Positions 44,411 to 49,673 of a stretch of 49,673 nt of DNA are shown in pieces. Origin of the DNA: a virus. Taxonomy: Duplodnaviria > Caudoviricetes. The stretch's first letter is position 1; every line of letters starts with the position of its first letter. The position numbers and the translations under genes were made by a program. The notes beneath the pieces were generated by a model, which saw nothing but the letters and a program-made list of their open reading frames with translations, searched no databases and had not been told where the DNA came from. Location of the stretch: IMG/VR virus record IMGVR_UViG_3300017785_008123, positions 1 to 49,673 of that record; one strand, given 5' to 3'.

Positions 44411-47107
44411 CTAGTAGAGCTTGCGGGGCATGTAAAACGAACTCGGTTCAGAGACGACACGGGACAGAGCGTCCAGTCGCGCCTGGTACGCCAGAACGGC
44501 AGCGACACAAGCATCTATTTTGTTGCTGCTATAGTCGTTCTCCTTCCCGAGCGCCAGCTTGCTGTGGGAGAAGCGGCGGCGCGCGTTCAGGACGTGCCTG
44601 GTCAGAGTAGACGATCCGTCGTGCGTCATGTCGCCGTTCAGGATCGCGCCTTCGAGCTGCTCGATCGCACGCTCGACGAGACCGGACCGGCCGCCGGTCA
44701 TCCACCACTCGAAGGGGTGGTTCGGCCCGGCCTTGATCTGGACCTTCTGCCCCCACTTCGCCTCCCACGCGTTGATGTGGGAGCGCCAGTCCTTACCGGG
44801 GTCGGCGTAGAAGGCGACGACGTTGTACTGCAGGAACGCCGTCCCGATCGCCGCCTCGATCTCGACGATGTTCGGCTCCCACGTCGCCCAGGTGTTCGGG
44901 TGGTCGCCGGCCTCCCACACGCCGATGGTGAAGACGTGGCCATCGTTGACGCGACAACCAATCAGGGCCGTGGCGTCAGGCTTGCCCTTGGCCCGGCCCC
45001 GTGAGCCGTCGAAGCCGAGCACGACCATCTCCCGGTCGGCGACGCTCTTGCTGCCGTCGAACCGAGCCCGCCAAGCGGTCGAGGAGATCCATGCGTCGGA
45101 GGCGTGGGTGATCTGGTTGAACCAGTCGGCGCGAGCCACCTGCAGATCGGTGTCGGCCTGCTGCAGCGAGTCGGCGAGCACCTGCAGGTCGACCCAGCCG
45201 GGGCTCTCGCACGGCGGGTTGTGGATCGCGCAGAACGGGATGTCGGCCGAGTCGCCGTAGGCGATGGCGAGCCCGCGCAGCACCGACTCGTCGTCGAACA
45301 TCTCGGTCTCGGCCGGCGCCTCGCGGTGGTCGTAGTAGACGCCAGCCGAGGACTTCGTCCGGCCCTCCTGGATGGCCTGGTAGGCGGCCATCGTGTTCTC
45401 GGCCACCGAGCCGTCGCCGGGCGTGTAGGCGTTGGGCGACTCCAGCAGGTGGCCGCCGCGCTTCAGCACATTGTTCTTTAGTTTATTGTAAAGATTGATT
45501 CCGCCATTTCCTTTTGTCCACTCCTCGGTGTTGTGGGTGAGGTGCCCAGCGACACCGAACGCGAAGAGGTGATCATCGGCCTCGACCGCGATGCAGCGCA
45601 CCGGTACACGCTCCACAGGCGTGATCGAAGTGATAGTGACCCAGTCCGGCCCTCGCCGGTGACCACGCACCCGGGCTGCCTTACGAGGCAGAGCGAACGG
45701 CTGGAAGTCGAGGCGGGGGGTGAAGTGCACCAGCCACTTCCCGCCCTCGGTGTACCGCTTGTCCTCGCGCCACTTCGGCGCCGTGGTGACCTGGCCGAGA
45801 GACCGGAGCAGCCGGACGAGGCCGACGGCGAGGTCGTGCGAGGTGTTGACGAAGACGCAAGAGCCGGTCTTGCTCGCCGAGCCGTCGCTGTCCATGAGCC
45901 CTCGGACGAGCTGCGTGCGCTCCTCGATCGAGCCAGCGAAGAACTCGTGCGGGATGTGCTTGCTCTCGAAGCAGTCCAGCGCGCGCAGCGCCTTCGCTAC
46001 TTCGGGGCGATCTGCGCCCTGGTATCCGAGGCGGCGGCTGAAGGAGAGGTTCACCGTCGGGCGGGCACCGTATCCATCGGACGTCATGTCGTACCGACGA
46101 GGCCACGTCTCCACGCCGACATCGGCGAGCGCCCGCTGCGTCGCTTCCAGGTCGTCCTCGCCGACGGCGATCTCGCACTTCCCGCGCGTGCCGTCTCCGA
46201 GCCACAGTCCGAGCAGGTACGGCGGGACGGAGTGGTTGGCCGCCGCCATCTCCTGCGCCGGGGCGGCCGGGATCCGGAAGCGCCGGATGTCCTCGTCCAT
46301 CTCCTGCGTGGTGCGGATCTTCGGCGCCGCAGGCGACTCCGCGATCTTGGTCTGCCAGAGGTGGCCAGCCGAGGCGACGACCGAGGTGCCGTCGGCGAAG
46401 GTCACCTCGTAGCAGTCGTGATCCAGCGAGACCGGCTTCGCCTTGACGACGCGGGTCGGACCCTGCGAGCCGTAAATGATCTCGCCGTCCTGCAGGTCGC
46501 CCATCGTCGTCCAGCCGTCCGGCGTCGGGATCAGCGTGTCAAGAGCAAGCGCCTGGTCGCAGACGACGAAGTGGGCAGGTGCGCCCTTGGCGGATCCGGC
46601 GGCGGCGGTGCGCTTCTGGATCCGGCCGTAGGGCAGGATGATCGCGCCTTCGAGGACGTCGAGACCGGGGTACTCCCGGGTGGCCGGGCCGAAGGAGAGC
46701 ATGTCCTTCAGCGGGCTCCAGGTGTTCGTGTCGACCTGCTGCTCGGAGACGGCGGCGATCTCGACGAGCGGCTTGCGGATGGCCGACCACGGCTTGCCGA
46801 CCGGGCGACCATCGGCGTCCCAGCCAGCGGGCACTGTGGGGCCGAGACCTTCGAGGCAGGCGAGGGCGGCGGTGATCGGGCTCTTGCCCCAGCCTCGGGG
46901 CCGGGACAGCACGCCGCGCTGGATGATCCGCTTGCAGGTGATCGGGTCCAGTTCGTAAAAACGGAGGACGAACTGAGCTTGCTCTTTCGTCAGGATGAGC
47001 GGCTCGTACTCCTGCGTCTCAGGCCGAGCCAGGTACGCGGTCATCCAGTCGAGGGCTAGCCACCCGAGCGTCGGATACTCGCCCTCATAGCTAGGAACCC
47101 AGGGCAC
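44411..47107 (-). CDS. terL: Terminase large subunit with intein
   Basis: Walker A RPRGWGKSP, DQ/TEEW, nuclease LGFDGS...DATAL...KIDACVA. Confidence 0.95.
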   Translation of the reverse strand: MPWVPSYEGEYPTLGWLALDWMTAYLARPETQEYEPLILTKEQAQFVLRFYELDPITCKRIIQRGVLSRPRGWGKSPITAALACLEGLGPTVPAGWDADGRPVGKPWSAIRKPLVEIAAVSEQQVDTNTWSPLKDMLSFGPATREYPGLDVLEGAIILPYGRIQKRTAAAGSAKGAPAHFVVCDQALALDTLIPTPDGWTTMGDLQDGEIIYGSQGPTRVVKAKPVSLDHDCYEVTFADGTSVVASAGHLWQTKIAESPAAPKIRTTQEMDEDIRRFRIPAAPAQEMAAANHSVPPYLLGLWLGDGTRGKCEIAVGEDDLEATQRALADVGVETWPRRYDMTSDGYGARPTVNLSFSRRLGYQGADRPEVAKALRALDCFESKHIPHEFFAGSIEERTQLVRGLMDSDGSASKTGSCVFVNTSHDLAVGLVRLLRSLGQVTTAPKWREDKRYTEGGKWLVHFTPRLDFQPFALPRKAARVRGHRRGPDWVTITSITPVERVPVRCIAVEADDHLFAFGVAGHLTHNTEEWTKGNGGINLYNKLKNNVLKRGGHLLESPNAYTPGDGSVAENTMAAYQAIQEGRTKSSAGVYYDHREAPAETEMFDDESVLRGLAIAYGDSADIPFCAIHNPPCESPGWVDLQVLADSLQQADTDLQVARADWFNQITHASDAWISSTAWRARFDGSKSVADREMVVLGFDGSRGRAKGKPDATALIGCRVNDGHVFTIGVWEAGDHPNTWATWEPNIVEIEAAIGTAFLQYNVVAFYADPGKDWRSHINAWEAKWGQKVQIKAGPNHPFEWWMTGGRSGLVERAIEQLEGAILNGDMTHDGSSTLTRHVLNARRRFSHSKLALGKENDYSSNKIDACVAAVLAYQARLDALSRVVSEPSSFYMPRKLY
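45530..46552 (-). mobile_element. Class 3 intein (341 aa, Ala1) with LAGLIDADG endonuclease
   Basis: ALALDTLIPTPDGW, GHLW, LGLWLGDG, RGLMDSDG, VRCIAV, LTHN then Thr. Confidence 0.92.
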
Positions 47108-47108
47108 G

Positions 47109-47273
47109 TCAGACCAGCGAGGTGATGCGACCCGCGACCTGCTCGCGGGCGAACTTGATCTCCGCTTCTGTCGGGGTGTGGACGAGACGGTTGATGTAGA
47201 CCTGCCGGGTCACCGGGGAGAGGCCAGGCTGTGCCTGGACCGCAGCGATGAGTTGGTGGACCTCGGGCTTCAC
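47109..47273 (-). CDS. Hypothetical protein
   Basis: GTGA-coupled VKPEVHQLIAAVQ. Confidence 0.55.
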   Translation of the reverse strand: MKPEVHQLIAAVQAQPGLSPVTRQVYINRLVHTPTEAEIKFAREQVAGRITSLV

Positions 47274-47533
47274 GGCACGGCCTCGTAGGTGGCCTCGAAG
47301 ATGTCCGGCTTGCAAGGGTAGAACTCGCCCTGGACACCTTTGATGATCCAGTCACCCTTGCTGGCGGTGATCGGCCCTTCGAGAGTCCGGATCTCGATCT
47401 TGTCCTGTGTCGGGATGTGGCTCTCGAAGCTGTCACCGATGAACAGTTCGCACTCCTCGCCGTTCGTGTCGTAGCCGAGGTACTGCACGGCCTCGATGAC
47501 GACCGGCTTCTTCCGGTACTGGGAGGCGGTCAC
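47270..47533 (-). CDS. Widely conserved small phage protein
   Basis: YRKKPVVIEAVQ...TLEG...GDWIIKGVQGEFYPCKPDIFEATYE. Confidence 0.85.
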   Translation of the reverse strand: MTASQYRKKPVVIEAVQYLGYDTNGEECELFIGDSFESHIPTQDKIEIRTLEGPITASKGDWIIKGVQGEFYPCKPDIFEATYEAVP

Positions 47534-47997
47534 GACTTGACCGCGTGCAGGCCGCCGTAGGGACCGGCGGGCTTCGGCTGGCTGGGCACGCCGCGCTCCT
47601 GATCCTTGCGGTCGGCGTCGGCAAAGAACATGCGGAGCCGGGCGCGGTCCTCGGGGGTGGCGCCGAACTTGGCGACGCGGAGACGGATCTCCGGGCCGAC
47701 CTTGGTGTTGCCGGTCCAGAACTGGTGGTGGAGGAACGCCGTCTCCAGCAGGACCATCCAGTCGGTCGCGGTGAAGGTGTCCGACTGCGCGGCCTCACCC
47801 CACACGCGCCACCACTCGATCGTCATCGGGTGCCACTCGGTCTGGAAGACCAGTCCGGTCTCGTCGTCGCGCCGGGTGAGGGGAGGAAGGGTCGGCTGCG
47901 CGCCCGGGACGAACTTCAGCGTGGTCGGAGGGATGACTTGAGCGTTGTGCCCGGTCGTCTTCTCGGGGTCCTTCGGCGGGAAGCCACGGCCGGCCAT
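47530..47997 (-). CDS. terS: Terminase small subunit
   Basis: MAGRGFPPK, WHPMTIEWW, EIRLRVAKFGATPEDRARLR. Confidence 0.85.
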   Translation of the reverse strand: MAGRGFPPKDPEKTTGHNAQVIPPTTLKFVPGAQPTLPPLTRRDDETGLVFQTEWHPMTIEWWRVWGEAAQSDTFTATDWMVLLETAFLHHQFWTGNTKVGPEIRLRVAKFGATPEDRARLRMFFADADRKDQERGVPSQPKPAGPYGGLHAVKS

Positions 47998-48098
47998 GTC
48001 GGCTACCTCCAGATCGGTGGTGAGGGCGCGAGCGTACCTCGACCGGGCGCGGGAGGGCGAGGAGGTGGCGACCCTGCCAGCGCGGATGCCGCTGACGT

Positions 48099-48219
48099 GG
48101 GTAGTAAGGCTAGATAGAAACCGCCGTTCCCCTGAGAAAAATCGTAGTCCTTACACGCCTATTATACATACTATGAATTTTTCCTCACGTAGCGGTATTT
48201 CTAACTACCCTAACTACCC
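48099..48219. repeat. Origin-like AT-rich element, copy 2
   Basis: 42 of 44 nt identical between 48176-48219 and 9646-9689, plus colinear upstream blocks. Confidence 0.75.
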
Positions 48220-48268
48220 TGTTCTGGAGGTCTTGCGAGGCCGGTCGGGTGTCGTTACAGTGATGCGT

Positions 48269-48559
48269 ATGCCGACCAAGACGATCTACGTCAAGAGCGA
48301 GATGCTGAGCACCTGGGACGAGGCCGATGCCCTGGCCAGCCGCCGGAAACTGAGCATGTCCGAGCTGATCTCGAACCTGCTCCGGGACTACGTCCGGGAC
48401 TACGGAGCGGCTGCGGCGGCCGGTCTGCCCGCCGGGTTCGCCGTGCCGGCGAGCATGAAGGCGCCGGAGCAGGTCGCCCGGGAGCAGCTCGCGAACGAGG
48501 TCCGGGACCTCGTGCTGGGGAAGCTCAACGAGGGCGCGGCGGAGGTGAAGGCATCGTGA
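48269..48559 (+). CDS. RHH-like DNA-binding protein, probably leaderless
   Basis: KTIYV...WDEA...SMSELISNLLRDYV; TACAGT 7 nt before ATG. Confidence 0.7.
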   Translation: MPTKTIYVKSEMLSTWDEADALASRRKLSMSELISNLLRDYVRDYGAAAAAGLPAGFAVPASMKAPEQVAREQLANEVRDLVLGKLNEGAAEVKAS

Positions 48560-48729
48560 TCGAGGACGTGATCATCTCGACCTCGGACTGGCTCGCGGCC
48601 AGCAAGGCGATGACCGAGATGGGTGTCCGGGTGCTCGGCATGGACATGACGCCGGTCGCACGAGCCATCGCCACCGCGCGGGCCGAGGGCTACGACGAGG
48701 CGCGGATGAACTTCGAGGAGAACGCATGA
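48556..48729 (+). CDS. Hypothetical protein
   Basis: Read manually; coupled at both ends. Confidence 0.55.
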   Translation: MIEDVIISTSDWLAASKAMTEMGVRVLGMDMTPVARAIATARAEGYDEARMNFEENA

Positions 48730-48998
48730 GCGTCGACTACGACTTCCTCGCGCCCGTCGTCACCTACGCCGACGCCGCCGTCCCGGCGCGGATCCGGCAG
48801 GAGATCGAGATCAGCCTGCCCTGCACGGGCGGCTTCGACCACCTGTGGGACCGGCAGTCCATCGCGAACAGTGATGGCGCCTTCGTCTCCTGGTGGGAGT
48901 GTGTGCACTGCGGCATCACCGCCAACCTCGACCCCCGACCCATCACCGAGCAGCAGCGACCGCTGGCCTCGGCCCACCTGGAGGACTACCTGCGATGA
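48726..48998 (+). CDS. Hypothetical zinc-binding protein
   Basis: C...HLW...CVHCG. Confidence 0.6.
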   Translation: MSVDYDFLAPVVTYADAAVPARIRQEIEISLPCTGGFDHLWDRQSIANSDGAFVSWWECVHCGITANLDPRPITEQQRPLASAHLEDYLR

Positions 48999-49156
48999 GC
49001 TATCAACTGCCCGAGCCGACCAAGGTCGAGATCCTCTCTTCGCCGGAGGAGAGGGCTCAGACACGGATCCTCAGCAACATCCAGATCGGGATCGTGATCG
49101 CGGACATCATCCTGTTCCTGCTGCTCGCCCTCACCGTCGTCGCAGTGGCCGGCTGA
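48995..49156 (+). CDS. Small membrane protein
   Basis: C-terminal hydrophobic helix. Confidence 0.55.
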   Translation: MSYQLPEPTKVEILSSPEERAQTRILSNIQIGIVIADIILFLLLALTVVAVAG

Positions 49157-49548
49157 TGAAGATCAGCGACGATGACAGGAGCATCACCAAGGAGGTCGCG
49201 GACCTGCTCGACGTGCCCGAGGACGACCTGCGGACGCGGCGGATGCTGAGCATCGTGTTCTGGGCGCACCGTCAGCTCCCGGCCGACGTCGTCGAGAAGC
49301 CGGTACCGGTCGACCGGCGTCTGTGCCACAAGCGGTACGCCGGCGACGTCGCTTCGATCTGTGTCCGGGCGCGCGGGCACGAGGGTTACCACGAGGCGCT
49401 GGTGGCGTGGAGTCCCGAGCCGTTCCGGTGGACGTTCTGCGATGCTGTCTTCAGCAACAGGAACCCGGACAACATCATCCGGTGCCATCGGCCGTCCGGG
49501 CACAGCGGTCACCACGAGACGCCGGCTGGTCAAACCTGGAGCGGCTGA
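49156..49548 (+). CDS. Hypothetical protein with two Cx4GHxGxH modules
   Basis: CVRARGHEGYH, CHRPSGHSGHH. Confidence 0.65.
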   Translation: MKISDDDRSITKEVADLLDVPEDDLRTRRMLSIVFWAHRQLPADVVEKPVPVDRRLCHKRYAGDVASICVRARGHEGYHEALVAWSPEPFRWTFCDAVFSNRNPDNIIRCHRPSGHSGHHETPAGQTWSG

Positions 49549-49566
49549 CCCGCCTTCTGCACCACG

Positions 49567-49598
49567 GCCCTCGGTCCTCACGGATCGGGGGCTTTTTG
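49567..49598 (+). terminator. Rho-independent terminator
   Basis: gccctcggtcc-tcac-ggatcgggggc followed by TTTTT. Confidence 0.75.
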
Positions 49599-49673
49599 CT
49601 GTCAGCTTCACGTAACTCTCCGTGTACAGAGGTCACCCAGAGTCAGGCACGATGTCAGCGGCAGGGCGCAGCG

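Noticed and set aside
1-49673. Integrase, att site or host genes marking a prophage
   Set aside because: None recognisable in the window; lifestyle cannot be determined

Overview
High-GC tailed (siphovirus-type) actinobacteriophage genome, probably near-complete. No integrase or classical repressor is visible. There are four transcription blocks. (1) 1-13.3 kb, minus strand: replication and accessory genes, including a family A DNA polymerase, primase-helicase, HNH, endonuclease VII, DUF1643 and LuxR-type HTH. (2) 13.4-20.4 kb, plus strand: SF2 helicase with an intein, PD-(D/E)XK exonuclease and two structured non-coding elements, one tRNA-like. (3) 20.5-48 kb, minus strand: virion and lysis genes (TerS, TerL with class 3 intein, portal, MuF with intein, scaffold, decoration, capsid, head-tail proteins, tape measure, tail tip, amidase, holin). 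(4) 48.2-49.6 kb, plus strand: small genes. Most striking: the MuF intein has no in-frame endonuclease. An HTH plus DUF559/Vsr-like endonuclease is instead encoded on the opposite strand, nested codon-for-codon inside it. Also notable: accessory SGNH and RHH-regulated cassettes between head genes, each ending at the same 18-bp motif; an origin-like AT-rich element duplicated 38.5 kb apart; and no recognisable major tail protein or tail chaperone gene, whose usual position holds an endonuclease VII gene. All calls come from motif recognition and synteny by eye; no searches were run.
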